This document shows positions 18,544 through 29,055 of a stretch of DNA of 57,639 nt, in pieces. This DNA is from a virus. Taxonomy: Duplodnaviria; Caudoviricetes. Both the position numbers and the translations under genes were made by a program. The notes beneath the pieces were generated by a model. That model worked only from the letters and a program-made list of their open reading frames with translations, searched no databases and had not been told where the DNA came from. The number at the start of each line of letters is the position of its first letter. Positions within the stretch are counted from its first letter, which is position 1. Location: IMG/VR virus record IMGVR_UViG_3300018083_000005, positions 1 through 57,639 of that record; one strand, written 5' to 3'.

Positions 18544-19538
18544 TGCCTGCTGGACTAGGTGGAGGCGGTAAGGTAGGTATCGCCTTTGAAACTACTATGG
18601 GCACATATGTTGCCCCAACGATCTTCGTTCCGATTCTCAGTGAATCTCTGATGTACAACGAAGATAAGTATTACTCTGAGCAGATTCGTCAGCAGACGGT
18701 TGTTTCTGACGTGAAGCAGAGTTTCTACCATGTCGAAGGCGATATCGAAATGGAAGTCGATCCTACTAACCTCCCATATTGGATGTACGCTTCCCGACAC
18801 ACAATTGCTAAGTCGGCTGGCCCTCCGTATACCTACACGTATACGCCGTCGTCGGCTGGTTCTGCAAGCACAGCGGCGGGTACGACGACTCCTAAGACGC
18901 TCTCAATTACTATCGTTCGTAACAGCGTCGTGTTCGGCTATACAGGCTGTGTCGTCGGTAGCTTTGAATTCGTCCTGGGTATGGACGACGGTGTACTTCG
19001 CTGCACTATGAGTGTTCTCGGCCTAGCCGAAGCAGTGCAGTCGGCTCCGTCGCCTTCGTGGTCTGCACCCGATCTACTTGGTGCCGCCGCGCATCAGGTG
19101 TATCTTGCCGCGTCCGCCGCAACGCCTACGTTCGGCGCTGCAGATACGGGATTTAATGGATTCACATTCCGTGCTAACTACAATGCAGAGGCACAGAACA
19201 GAATCAATACGCTCAGGTCGGCAAGCTATATCAGCTACGGGATCACGGAAGCCGAGATTGAGTCGGAGCTTGACTTCCTCACCCGTACTGACTATGACAA
19301 CATGGTTGCCAATACTACCCGTGCTGTCAAGCTTGAGTCGGCTAACGGTGGAGCTACATTCGCCGCTGGTTCGTCAGGCGTGAAGCTGCAGGGTAACAGA
19401 GTCAGCTATGACACCTACGAGGTTGGCCTTGAAGGAATGGGTGACCTGATCATGGCAGGATTCACTGGTCGCTGTGTCGGTATTACGTCTGGTAACCCCT
19501 ATCAGATCGAAGTCAAGTCAACTGCGAATATCACGTAA
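18543..19538 (+). CDS. major tail (tube) protein
   Basis: GIAFETT-G-Y-AP, SES, V-GDIE, YTGC-V motifs; followed by terminator and chaperones. Confidence 0.9.
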   Translation: MPAGLGGGGKVGIAFETTMGTYVAPTIFVPILSESLMYNEDKYYSEQIRQQTVVSDVKQSFYHVEGDIEMEVDPTNLPYWMYASRHTIAKSAGPPYTYTYTPSSAGSASTAAGTTTPKTLSITIVRNSVVFGYTGCVVGSFEFVLGMDDGVLRCTMSVLGLAEAVQSAPSPSWSAPDLLGAAAHQVYLAASAATPTFGAADTGFNGFTFRANYNAEAQNRINTLRSASYISYGITEAEIESELDFLTRTDYDNMVANTTRAVKLESANGGATFAAGSSGVKLQGNRVSYDTYEVGLEGMGDLIMAGFTGRCVGITSGNPYQIEVKSTANIT

Positions 19539-19548
19539 GAAAAACAGG

Positions 19549-19572
19549 CGGGGCTACCTTCGGGTAGCCCTG
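19549..19572 (+). terminator. hairpin with UUCG tetraloop
   Basis: CGGGGCTACC-TTCG-GGTAGCCCTG after tail tube. Confidence 0.8.
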
Positions 19573-19591
19573 TCGCTCACAAGGAGAGAGC

Positions 19592-20044
19592 ATGCCTAAA
19601 GCAACAATCAGCACCGAGACAGTTCGTAAGGAACTGAAGACGTGTCCAGGTGGATTCGTGGAGCTTCGTCAGCTTTCCTGGGCCGAAATGATGAAGCGAC
19701 GTGATATCGCTTCTCGCATGTATGCAGACGTTTCCACCAAGCAAGGCAATGCCACGCCGGAAACGATCCGTCAGTATATGGAAGTCGTCAATGTTGCGAT
19801 CATGGAGTTTGAATTCAAGAACTGCATCGTCGATCACAACCTTGAGAATGACGATGGTGTACTACTCGACTTCAGCAATGCCATGTCGCTTCAGATTCTC
19901 AATCCGAAGATCGGTTCCGAGATTGATCGTTATATCGAGGAACTGAATCAGGAGGATGAAACCTCTGTAGTCCCTTTGGAGAAGCAGCTTACCTCATCCT
20001 TGCTGGATGGGGAGAGGCCGCAAGTCGAAAGTATGACAGACTAA
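19592..20044 (+). CDS. tail assembly chaperone (gpG equivalent)
   Basis: Between tube and tape measure; V-LR-L, IVDHNL-xDDG motifs. Confidence 0.85.
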   Translation: MPKATISTETVRKELKTCPGGFVELRQLSWAEMMKRRDIASRMYADVSTKQGNATPETIRQYMEVVNVAIMEFEFKNCIVDHNLENDDGVLLDFSNAMSLQILNPKIGSEIDRYIEELNQEDETSVVPLEKQLTSSLLDGERPQVESMTD

Positions 20045-20256
20045 CAGTACGAGAAGCGTACAAATGGATACATATTGGCACCGTGTGCAAGACGCTCCAT
20101 GTTTTGCCACGGGCAGGTGGCGTCCTAGATCAACCGGGGAATGAAATGCTGTACCTCGGGGCGATCTTGGACGCCTTTGCCAATTATGAAGACCTAGAGT
20201 CGCGTCGTTCTGACGCACGTAGAAAGAATCGCCAGAGGACGGAGGCTGCGCCCTGA
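19592..20256 (+). CDS. tail assembly chaperone, -1 frameshift product (gpGT equivalent)
   Basis: Slippery C CCT TTG at 19972-19978; the -1 frame is open to TGA 20254-20256 and encodes HVLPRAGGVLDQP. Confidence 0.85.
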
Positions 20257-23200
20257 TGGTACGCGGTGGGGAAATGATGCTGATTATCAGGGCGCAGGAC
20301 TATGCCTCGCGTACCGTTCATAAAATCTCTGGTGAAATCGCTGGTATGCAGCGTATGCAGCGTATACAGGCACGTGCCCAAAAACAGTATCTTCCCGCGT
20401 TGCGGCAGGAAGCACAGTTGTATAAGAATCTTGCATATGCAGAAAATGCATGGAGAACGGGTGCGGCAAAGTCAAACGCTGTTCGATTCAACACTACTAG
20501 AGCAGGTCGAGTCCTACGTAGGGAACTTGTAGCTGCGGAGAATGCCTGGAAATCGTTTGGCAGAACGATGCAGGTTCCTGCCGGATTGAATAACATCAGG
20601 AACAATATTAAAGCTATTGACCAGCTTGCACTAGCTATCAGAAGGCTTGATGCGGAGAGATTGCATAGGATAGGTTCGGCCATGTCCGGCATCGGTCGGA
20701 CAATGCAGCTATTCGGTGCCGTAGGCACGTTAGCATTCGGTCTAGCTGCCAACTCATTTGCAAAGTTCTCGGCAAGCGCGGCAACCGCTGGTACTCAGAT
20801 GCGCGACCTTGGTGGGACGGTCGCACAGGCGGTAGCGCGCTCCAAACAGCTTCAGGAAGCCATCCTAGACATGAGTATGCAGTTTCCAATTAGTGCACAA
20901 GACATGACCGATGCTGCATACGAAATCTTCTCGTCCATGAACCTCATGCACAACGGGGTCATGAACGTGAATGCTGGCCTCAAGCTACTCGCTGTGGCAA
21001 ACAAGGCAGCGGTAGCAGGAGGAGTCGATCTGAAGGAAGCTACCAATGCAATGATCGTTGCTCTCAACATCTTCGACCCGCAACTCAAGAATGTTAAGGG
21101 CACCATGGATGAGGTCTTCAACATTGTGCGATTTGGTAAGATTAGGCTTGACGACCTTTCTCACGTGTTCACGCAGTTTGCATCGGCGGCTCATGCAGGC
21201 GGTATGTCTCTGAAAGAGGTTGGTGCAGCTTTCGCAACGCTGACTCTATTCCAAGACCCAGGTAAAGCTTCTGCTGGACTTGGACGACTGATCGAACTTC
21301 TACGTACACCAGCTTTCCGCGAGGGACTTGACAAACTCGTTGGTGTCAAGGTTATCGCACCTGATACGGGTAAGATGAAGCCACTGCTCAACATCTTTAA
21401 AGAGATTATCAAGGCTCGTCCTGAACTGGCTGCGTCACGAAAAGCTGCTATCGACTTCTTCATCGAACTTACGAAAGCGTCAGGTAAGACGAAGGCGGGT
21501 ATCCAGGGCACTGTGCAGGCACGTCGTGCTTTTGAGACTTTTGCTACGCATATGGGTACGTTTGCCGATACGGTCAAGAATGTCAATGATAACTACGACG
21601 AAATGAATAAAGCATTTACGTCGCGTATGGCCGATCCAGGTGTTCAGTGGGAACTGTTCAAGAATCGACTTAAGGCACTCGTACTTGTTATCGGACAGCA
21701 AGTCCTGCCAGTCTTCATTCAGATTGGTCAGTGGATTGCCAGTGCGATCCAGTGGTTCAAGGGTCTAAATAATGGTACCAGTGGAACCATCATACGCTTT
21801 GCTGCCTGGGCTTCTGTAGGCACATTGCTAGCAGGCATTCTCCTGAGCATGTCCGGATCAGTCGTTCAGCTTATAGCGACAATGGCTTTGCTGCGAATCG
21901 CCGCACTTGAGACTGGCGCTGCTTTCATTACTATGAGAACCGCATTGATTGCATCCGGAATCGGCGCGATCATTGTTGCTTCAGGAATAGCAGCCGTTAT
22001 GGTTATGAAACATTGGGATCAAGTTCGCGCATACTTCCACGCATGGTGGGATGATATAGGTGCAGGCTTTAGCCATTTGTGGGCCGATCAAGTTAGTAAA
22101 GCAAAAGGTGCGGTTGGTCTTATTGTTGGCGTATTTGGTCGTATGAGAGAGAAGATGGGTCTGGGCGATCAGACCTCTCGATTTGGTCAAAGACTTGTGG
22201 ATCAAGCCAACAAAGAACTAGATGAGCGTAGTGATACATTCTTGGACAATTATAACAAGTGGCTGAAAATCTATAAGAAACAGCGCGGGAAGCCAGGTAT
22301 GGATTGGCTCAAGGACTTCAAGCGTATCACGGGCGAGTTCGATGGTAAGATGCTTTCGGACGAGTATAAGAAATGGGCTAACTCCGTATCCGACAGCACC
22401 TACACTGCAGCACAGCAGGCGAAGGATCATGCTCAGGCTGTTAAGCAGGCTACGGACAACATGCAGCAAACGATCAAGACTGCGACAACCAACTTGATCA
22501 ATCAGTATGAGACTTTGCAGACGGCTAATCAATCAGCACTCGGTGGTCTATTCCAAGGCCCAACAATGGGCGGTATCCTCGGCAACGTATTCAAGAGCAT
22601 TAATGACAACCTTCGCCAGTTCGGTGTTCAGATTCAGGTGCCATTCAACATCCTGAAGCAAGACCTGGATCAGTCTGTCATGTACTTCAAGCGATGGCGT
22701 CAGGATATCACTCAGTTGATCAAGCGCGGTGTACCATATGAAATGGTATCGCAGCTACAGGCAATGGGGCCAGAGGGTATTCCTATTATTGAGGGTTTGC
22801 TTGCGGCACCCAAGGGTCAATTCCGCGCTATCGTCAAGACATATAAGCAGGGGCAGGCTCTTACCGACAAGGCCACCAAAGAAGACATGAACCGTAAGCT
22901 CAAGTATTGGGAGAGCTTCGGTAAGGATGCTGCATGGGCAACCATCATGGGTATCATCAGCAATCCGAAGAACGTCAAGATTCAGAAGATGTATGAGGAC
23001 TACGTGAAGAACACGTATGGCTCCATCCTGAAAAAGACTTTCCAAGATGATGTTGCCGAATACATGGCTAACGCACTTGCGATGGCGAAAGCTCAAGCAG
23101 CGGCGGCGAATCTCATGCCGACCAAGATGCCCAATCTATTTGCTCCTACACCGAAATCTACTCTCGCCAATATGACACCGCAGCAACTCACGGCTACCTA

Positions 23201-23528
23201 TAAACAAAATGCAAAAAAGCTGCAGACAGCCTTGAGCTTCGTAGGCCCACTAACAAAGAAACAGCAGACAAGCTTGGCTAACCTTCGGCATCGTCGGCAA
23301 GCGATCCTGGCTGAGTACCGACATGATGCTGCACCCGCTGCACGGCGTCAGATGGCGCGGCAACGTAGTCAGGGTCGTGAGGTCTACACGATCACGTATG
23401 AGGGTGACACCATCCATATTAAAGCGGACGGTGCGACTGTGGCATCGGTTACCCGAGCCTTGCAAAAGAAACACTTTAAGCAAAAGAGCAAGCATAAGAA
23501 GGGTACAGTAGCGGGGAAAATCGGTTAA
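20256..23528 (+). CDS. tape measure protein
   Basis: 1090 aa, helical, TP901-like core, IIRAQDYAS N-terminus, central hydrophobic segment. Confidence 0.95.
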   Translation: MVRGGEMMLIIRAQDYASRTVHKISGEIAGMQRMQRIQARAQKQYLPALRQEAQLYKNLAYAENAWRTGAAKSNAVRFNTTRAGRVLRRELVAAENAWKSFGRTMQVPAGLNNIRNNIKAIDQLALAIRRLDAERLHRIGSAMSGIGRTMQLFGAVGTLAFGLAANSFAKFSASAATAGTQMRDLGGTVAQAVARSKQLQEAILDMSMQFPISAQDMTDAAYEIFSSMNLMHNGVMNVNAGLKLLAVANKAAVAGGVDLKEATNAMIVALNIFDPQLKNVKGTMDEVFNIVRFGKIRLDDLSHVFTQFASAAHAGGMSLKEVGAAFATLTLFQDPGKASAGLGRLIELLRTPAFREGLDKLVGVKVIAPDTGKMKPLLNIFKEIIKARPELAASRKAAIDFFIELTKASGKTKAGIQGTVQARRAFETFATHMGTFADTVKNVNDNYDEMNKAFTSRMADPGVQWELFKNRLKALVLVIGQQVLPVFIQIGQWIASAIQWFKGLNNGTSGTIIRFAAWASVGTLLAGILLSMSGSVVQLIATMALLRIAALETGAAFITMRTALIASGIGAIIVASGIAAVMVMKHWDQVRAYFHAWWDDIGAGFSHLWADQVSKAKGAVGLIVGVFGRMREKMGLGDQTSRFGQRLVDQANKELDERSDTFLDNYNKWLKIYKKQRGKPGMDWLKDFKRITGEFDGKMLSDEYKKWANSVSDSTYTAAQQAKDHAQAVKQATDNMQQTIKTATTNLINQYETLQTANQSALGGLFQGPTMGGILGNVFKSINDNLRQFGVQIQVPFNILKQDLDQSVMYFKRWRQDITQLIKRGVPYEMVSQLQAMGPEGIPIIEGLLAAPKGQFRAIVKTYKQGQALTDKATKEDMNRKLKYWESFGKDAAWATIMGIISNPKNVKIQKMYEDYVKNTYGSILKKTFQDDVAEYMANALAMAKAQAAAANLMPTKMPNLFAPTPKSTLANMTPQQLTATYKQNAKKLQTALSFVGPLTKKQQTSLANLRHRRQAILAEYRHDAAPAARRQMARQRSQGREVYTITYEGDTIHIKADGATVASVTRALQKKHFKQKSKHKKGTVAGKIG

Positions 23529-24008
23529 ATGCTATCAATGGTACGCATATGGAATGCTCCACTTAGCTCGTCGTGTTTGCTCAACGAGACTAATCCTGTG
23601 CGCTTTCCTGTGAAGGGGTTTACGTGGACTCAGCCGACCAAGGGCGATGCGCTTCCGAAGATGGAGGAGCCGGGTCAGCATTTTAGGTTTAGCGATGTTG
23701 ACGTTATGGCTCTGAATATGGAAGGCGATATAGTAGGTAACAGTACGAGTGACTATTGGGTAAATCGCAAAGAGCTACTTGCAGTAGTAATTCCGCAGCC
23801 ATCCTATCTACACTTGTACAGATTCCATTCCCGACTGGATGTTAAGGTCGATGGCGACTCTGAAACATACTACTGTTATGTGATTCTCAAGGAACATGAA
23901 GAACCTATGTCCACAGCCGGATACTCTGTGTCTCCATTCCAGTTCCAGTGGGAGAACGTCTTTGGATACTGGCGGAAACTATCCAACAATGCAGTCGCCT
24001 TAATCTAG
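23529..24008 (+). CDS. putative distal tail protein
   Basis: Immediately after TMP; N-x-F-x-YW C-terminal motif. Confidence 0.6.
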   Translation: MLSMVRIWNAPLSSSCLLNETNPVRFPVKGFTWTQPTKGDALPKMEEPGQHFRFSDVDVMALNMEGDIVGNSTSDYWVNRKELLAVVIPQPSYLHLYRFHSRLDVKVDGDSETYYCYVILKEHEEPMSTAGYSVSPFQFQWENVFGYWRKLSNNAVALI

Positions 24009-24018
24009 GAGGGAAGTA

Positions 24019-24186
24019 ATGGCACAATCAGTAGCGCAGCAACTAACGGTGTCAATGCCCGTTCCACAGGAATTGAATATTGAGCCTTCGGAGAACAGTT
24101 CTCAAGCTCAGGCACTAACTGTTTCAATGGGAACGGGCTATATCATCGTCAATATCAATCCAGCCCAACGGCTTCCGGTAGACTGA
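24019..24186 (+). CDS. 55-aa hypothetical protein (below ORF-track cutoff)
   Basis: AGGAGG RBS; MAQSVAQQLTVSM...QAQALTVSM internal repeat. Confidence 0.7.
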   Translation: MAQSVAQQLTVSMPVPQELNIEPSENSSQAQALTVSMGTGYIIVNINPAQRLPVD

Positions 24187-24188
24187 AT

Positions 24189-24677
24189 ATGGCTAACTTT
24201 ACATTTAATGTAGCTCTCGGTCGTGAGGTAGAATACTACCAGCGCGTCGATGGTAATGATCCTGCCGCTTCTGCTCTTATCGGAGTGGTTCTTAGGCTGG
24301 CGCTTATCGAATCTGATACGATCCTAAAGGATTACGATACGCTATCCGCCATTCTTGCGGCTGCTAACGACGAGGCAACTAACTCTGGATACGCTCGTAA
24401 GACGTGGACTGACGCTGACCTAACAGCGTACTCAGTTGATGATGCCAATGATCGTACACAGCTTTTCTTGCCTACGCCGATTACTTTTGCGACCATCGGT
24501 TCAGGAGATACATGGGCGAAGCTACTCGTCTGCTATGACAACGATACTGGCGCGGGTACAGACGCGAATATCATTCCAATTACCGCCCATGATCTACTGT
24601 TCCAAGGTTCGTATGTTGTGCCCAATGGTACGAATATTACGATCACCAATACTACTGGCTTCACGATTTGCAACTAG
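24189..24677 (+). CDS. minor tail / fibre adaptor protein
   Basis: EAT-xGYARK...D-xNDR...PNG-xIT pattern common in actinophage minor tail proteins. Confidence 0.7.
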   Translation: MANFTFNVALGREVEYYQRVDGNDPAASALIGVVLRLALIESDTILKDYDTLSAILAAANDEATNSGYARKTWTDADLTAYSVDDANDRTQLFLPTPITFATIGSGDTWAKLLVCYDNDTGAGTDANIIPITAHDLLFQGSYVVPNGTNITITNTTGFTICN

Positions 24678-25895
24678 ATGTTCCGTATCCGCCATCTGAA
24701 CCACGTAGGGGGTCTTGTTGCCGAGCATCAGATGGTCGGAGGGACGCTTAGTTATAGCTTTCGTGCTGGACAACCTGGCGACATTTCATATCAGCTAGCG
24801 AATAGCATTGGCGGTATTACACGCGATGCTTTCGCGCCCTACTATACTGACTTCATGCTGCAGTATCAAAATCCCGCTGGTGGTAGCTATCAAAATATCA
24901 TGGGCGGTATTCACGTCCCTGTGAATCTGAAGAACGACGAGGATGCTATCAATATCGCTGGTAAGGATTGGTCGCACTGGCTTGAGCAACCCTACTGGTT
25001 TCCATTCTATGCAATAGACTATACTAATGGTACTGCTATGCAGCAAATGATAGATGCTAGCCGAACATACACCGCAGGTATAACGGAGACTGTTGCGGCA
25101 GTAGCATTCTATCCACCAATATTGCAGGCACAGATTATTTCAAAACTGATCCTAAATACACAACCCACAGGACGACCTGCTTCGGGTAGTTATCCAGGTT
25201 TGACAGGCGGTAACTATGTCCCTATCAATGCAGTATTCAACGACTTCTCCGGTTCTGCACAGTTTACTAATAGTTCGCTAATCATTCAGTTCCAAGATCA
25301 GACTACAGTTCTTCAGCATATAAATAACATCGCCGCCTTCGATGAGCCTTATGGATTCGATTGGACAATGAATCCGGATAAGACAATGGAGTTCTTTGGC
25401 CCACGTAAGGAAAGGAAATACGCGCCTGATCCAATCTGGACTATTTCCAAGGATCAAATCATTGGTGGTCTAGATGAAAACCCCATGTTGGAATTGGACT
25501 GGACTAACAACGGGCCACTAGCCTCACATCTTGTCGGAGTGTCGAACGGCAGTCCTGGTGCATGGTGGCATAAGCGCGATCAGGACAGTGTGAATCGATA
25601 TAGAGAATGGCTGCGTATCGAAACCCTCGGGGATCAGTATTGGCGAGGGCCAGATATGCGCCATGCGCTCGACGGTCTGGACTATCTACACCCACAGAAG
25701 GACTTGCGTATCGTCGTCCTACCTTCCCTACTGACCGATGGGTTCAAGAACCACATCGGGGATGTTGTACGTGTCAAGTGGGACTTTCCATACTATCATG
25801 AAATCAACGCCTACTACTGGATTAATGAGCAGACGTATGACAGTGACGGTGAGGAATGGAAACTGACCCTGGGGTTGCAGCAAATCTATGACTAA
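24678..25895 (+). CDS. minor tail (hub) protein
   Basis: 405 aa, GFDW and IGDVVRV motifs; position. Confidence 0.75.
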   Translation: MFRIRHLNHVGGLVAEHQMVGGTLSYSFRAGQPGDISYQLANSIGGITRDAFAPYYTDFMLQYQNPAGGSYQNIMGGIHVPVNLKNDEDAINIAGKDWSHWLEQPYWFPFYAIDYTNGTAMQQMIDASRTYTAGITETVAAVAFYPPILQAQIISKLILNTQPTGRPASGSYPGLTGGNYVPINAVFNDFSGSAQFTNSSLIIQFQDQTTVLQHINNIAAFDEPYGFDWTMNPDKTMEFFGPRKERKYAPDPIWTISKDQIIGGLDENPMLELDWTNNGPLASHLVGVSNGSPGAWWHKRDQDSVNRYREWLRIETLGDQYWRGPDMRHALDGLDYLHPQKDLRIVVLPSLLTDGFKNHIGDVVRVKWDFPYYHEINAYYWINEQTYDSDGEEWKLTLGLQQIYD

Positions 25896-27771
25896 CAGTA
25901 AATGGTTTGGTAACTCTGATGCCGATGTTATCGGTGATTTACAGCGTCGTATTTCGACGGTAGAATCCTATGCTACTGACCTAGAGCGTAAGATCGCAAA
26001 CTTCGATTCGCCACAGCCTATCTCACGTGTCGATCCAGTTACCTATTTGAATCCCTTTGAGGGCCAACGCGCCATCGATCCCGCCGATGAGCAGCATATG
26101 TGGTACTCAAACGGAGAATGGCGCAAGGCTGGTGGCTTCGGCATCTATGAGATTAAAGTCTTCGATGATACGTTTGTAGTTACCACGGGCGATGATAAAT
26201 TCATCTGGCCGATCCCTCATGAGCTTGACGATGGACAGATCATTGAGGTTGAAGCGGCCGTAACTACAGCGGGTTCTGGTACCACTACCATTGCAATCCG
26301 TAAGGGGACAGCAGGTACAGCAGGCTCCGATATTCTATCCACGAATATCACAATTGATTCCGGAGAGTATAACTCCAAGGATGCCGCTACCCAACCTGTA
26401 GTAATTGATCCTACGATTGCTACGTGGGGTCAACATCTACATATCGATGTGGATGCCGTAGGCTCAGGGGCAAAGGGTCTGTGTGTCATGGTGACCCTGG
26501 TTCCCTCCAACCTCGCAAGCATCGTGCTAGCAGGAGCGCAAGGGCCAGCAGGAGGAATCACAGACTGGACAGGGCAGTGGGTAACTGCAACCGGGTATAC
26601 CGTAAACGAAGCTGTCTCTAACAACGGTAGTAGCTACGTTGCAATCGTAGACCACACTTCAGGGGCAACGAGCGAACCAGGGGTAGGAGCGAATTGGGAA
26701 GACTTCTGGATGCTTCTCGCAGAGGGAAGCTCCGGGGGTTCGGGTATGTCCACGCCTGTTACCCAGACTGCCCACGGTTTAGCGGTTGGTGACATAGTAC
26801 GTTTCGATGGTACAAACTATGTAAAGGCTCAAGCTGATACGGAAGCCCATGCTGAAGTTGTCGGACTAGTATCAGTAGTTGGTGGAGCAAACGATTTCAC
26901 CCTTGTCATGGGCGGCGACATTACCGGACTTACGGGCCTGACCTCGGGAAGTGTCTATTACCTCAGTCCGACGACTGCAGGAGCTTTGACGACTACTGAG
27001 CCGACGACTATTGGGCAGGTATCCAAGCCGCTACTCGTTGCACATTCTACGACTACAGGGTTCCTGTTCAACATGCGCGGGGTTGTCGTCCCGACGCCTA
27101 TCGAAGTCGGTCAGTCACAGGCCGATGGTTGGACACGTAGCTACGCGGAAACTTGGACATACGCGAGCGCCACAACATTCACTGTGGCTGGTGATCAGAC
27201 TGTGAAGTTCTCCAAGGGTACGCGGATTAAGCTAACACAGTCAACAGTCAAATACTTCATTGTCTCGGCAAGCTCGTTCAGCGCGGGAGTTACGACAGTT
27301 ACTATCACCGGGGGTACCGACTATACACTTGCCAATGCAACGGTCAGCGATAACTACTACTCATATGAGGCAAATCCACAGGGCTATCCGGGGACGTTCA
27401 ATTATACACTGGCTTGGACTTCAACGGGAACCGCTCCCTCTTTCGGCAACGCCGCTGTCGTCTCTCGTTTCAGTATGGTTGGAAATATCTGCCGAACTGA
27501 GTTCTTCATCACGTTTGGTTCCACGACTACCTTCGGCACCGGCTCATACCGCTTCTCCGCGCCTATCACTATCGCAAAATACGCCGCTGGCTCGGCGTGG
27601 GCCGTCGATCAGGGTACGTCCTTTCGGTCGGGGCTTGTTTTCGTCGACACCGGCAACAACGTCATTCGGATTCTAAGCGTTGCCGACGCCGCTGATGAGT
27701 GGGCAGCGACTGTTCCGAACACTTGGGCAAACACCGACCTCATCGTTGTCACAGCGACGTTTGAAATTTAA
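25888..27771 (+). CDS. tail fibre / receptor-binding protein
   Basis: N-terminal coiled coil, short GxQGPxG, CBM5/12-like W...Y...V..NGSSY...H.S...PG...W module, C-terminal adaptor plus tip. Confidence 0.85.
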   Translation: MTNSKWFGNSDADVIGDLQRRISTVESYATDLERKIANFDSPQPISRVDPVTYLNPFEGQRAIDPADEQHMWYSNGEWRKAGGFGIYEIKVFDDTFVVTTGDDKFIWPIPHELDDGQIIEVEAAVTTAGSGTTTIAIRKGTAGTAGSDILSTNITIDSGEYNSKDAATQPVVIDPTIATWGQHLHIDVDAVGSGAKGLCVMVTLVPSNLASIVLAGAQGPAGGITDWTGQWVTATGYTVNEAVSNNGSSYVAIVDHTSGATSEPGVGANWEDFWMLLAEGSSGGSGMSTPVTQTAHGLAVGDIVRFDGTNYVKAQADTEAHAEVVGLVSVVGGANDFTLVMGGDITGLTGLTSGSVYYLSPTTAGALTTTEPTTIGQVSKPLLVAHSTTTGFLFNMRGVVVPTPIEVGQSQADGWTRSYAETWTYASATTFTVAGDQTVKFSKGTRIKLTQSTVKYFIVSASSFSAGVTTVTITGGTDYTLANATVSDNYYSYEANPQGYPGTFNYTLAWTSTGTAPSFGNAAVVSRFSMVGNICRTEFFITFGSTTTFGTGSYRFSAPITIAKYAAGSAWAVDQGTSFRSGLVFVDTGNNVIRILSVADAADEWAATVPNTWANTDLIVVTATFEI

Positions 27772-27774
27772 CTA

Positions 27775-28413
27775 ATGAGTGCAATTGAATTCTCACCCAA
27801 TGCAGTATCTCTCGACGGTTGGCTTGCCGCTGGCGAAACCTTCACCTACGCAAGCTCTACTACTTTTACTGTGGCAGGGGATCGGACGGTACGTTACTCA
27901 AAAGGCACAAGAATCAAACTCACCCAGAGTACGGTTAAATACTTCGTGGTTACTCTCTCCGCATTTTCTGCCGGGGTGACAACAGTTACTATCACGGGCG
28001 GCACCGACTATACACTTGCAAACGCGGTAGTCAGTGATCCATTCTATTCCTATGCAGCAAATCCCCAGGGCTACCCCAGGGGCTTTAACTATACTCCGAC
28101 GTTCACGGGGTTTTCTGCAAACCCGGCCACATCTGTTTACTTCTCCGTTCAAGGAACGGTTGTCACCTGTGTATTCTATCCTGGTTCAAATGGAACGAGC
28201 AACGCGAACTCGCTTACTATGTCTTTGCCCATCGCGGTAGGCTCAGGAGTGTGGACTGCGATGCGCGGATTCGACAACGGCGTAGATGTAACGAACTCTG
28301 CGATGGGTCTTCCAAGTGGCTCTACGCTCACGGTCTACAAGGATTGGGCCGGTGGCGGCTGGACTACCTCGGGAGCCAAGCAAGCGTCCGGCACGATCAC
28401 GTACATAATGTGA
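27775..28413 (+). CDS. stand-alone receptor-binding module, paralogue 2
   Basis: First ~105 aa nearly identical to the corresponding part of 25888-27771; divergent C-terminal tip. Confidence 0.85.
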   Translation: MSAIEFSPNAVSLDGWLAAGETFTYASSTTFTVAGDRTVRYSKGTRIKLTQSTVKYFVVTLSAFSAGVTTVTITGGTDYTLANAVVSDPFYSYAANPQGYPRGFNYTPTFTGFSANPATSVYFSVQGTVVTCVFYPGSNGTSNANSLTMSLPIAVGSGVWTAMRGFDNGVDVTNSAMGLPSGSTLTVYKDWAGGGWTTSGAKQASGTITYIM

Positions 28414-28419
28414 GCTAAT

Positions 28420-29055
28420 ATGAGTGCAATAGAAGTCATACGAGAACGTGGCGACGGTTGGATATACGCCGACGAAACACTGACCTATGCCAGCGCGACT
28501 ACTTTCACTGTCGCGGGTGATAGAACAGTCCGTTATTCCAAAGGTACTCGGCTTAAGCTAACGCAATCAACAGTCAAATACTTCGTCGTTACCTTATCTT
28601 CTTTCTCAGCCGGGGTGACCACGGTTACCTTCACAGGAGGTACGGACTACACACTTGCCAATGCTACTATCAGTGATCCGTTCTATTCATATGCTACAAA
28701 CCCACAAGGGTATCCGACCTACTTTAACTACACTCCAACATGGGGAGGATTCTCTACCGCTCCGGCACTTGGAGGCGGGATGTGCAGGTTCTCAGTTGTT
28801 GGAGGAGTATGTTTCTATATGGCTCATTTCAACACATCTGGAACCAGCAACGCTACTAGCTTGACGGCTTCTATCCCCGTCACTAACGCAAGCTTTGGTC
28901 AGTACCCCGTCACCCGCATACAGGACAATGGAACTTACTCCTTCGGAATGTGCGAGGTTACTTCTGTACTCACATTCTTCAAGGATGGAAGCGGTACAGG
29001 CTTCACAGCTAGCGGGTCAAAGAACGCTTGGTGGGGAGTGTCCTACATCATCTAA
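28420..29055 (+). CDS. stand-alone receptor-binding module, paralogue 3
   Basis: Same conserved DGW..ET.TYAS...KGTR.KLTQSTVKYF...NPQGYP..FNYT segment; third distinct tip. Confidence 0.85.
   Translation: MSAIEVIRERGDGWIYADETLTYASATTFTVAGDRTVRYSKGTRLKLTQSTVKYFVVTLSSFSAGVTTVTFTGGTDYTLANATISDPFYSYATNPQGYPTYFNYTPTWGGFSTAPALGGGMCRFSVVGGVCFYMAHFNTSGTSNATSLTASIPVTNASFGQYPVTRIQDNGTYSFGMCEVTSVLTFFKDGSGTGFTASGSKNAWWGVSYII

Noticed and set aside
27124-29055. Diversity-generating retroelement or invertible shufflon acting on tail tips
   Set aside because: No reverse transcriptase, no adenine-specific TR/VR pair, no invertase, and all cassettes are in direct orientation.
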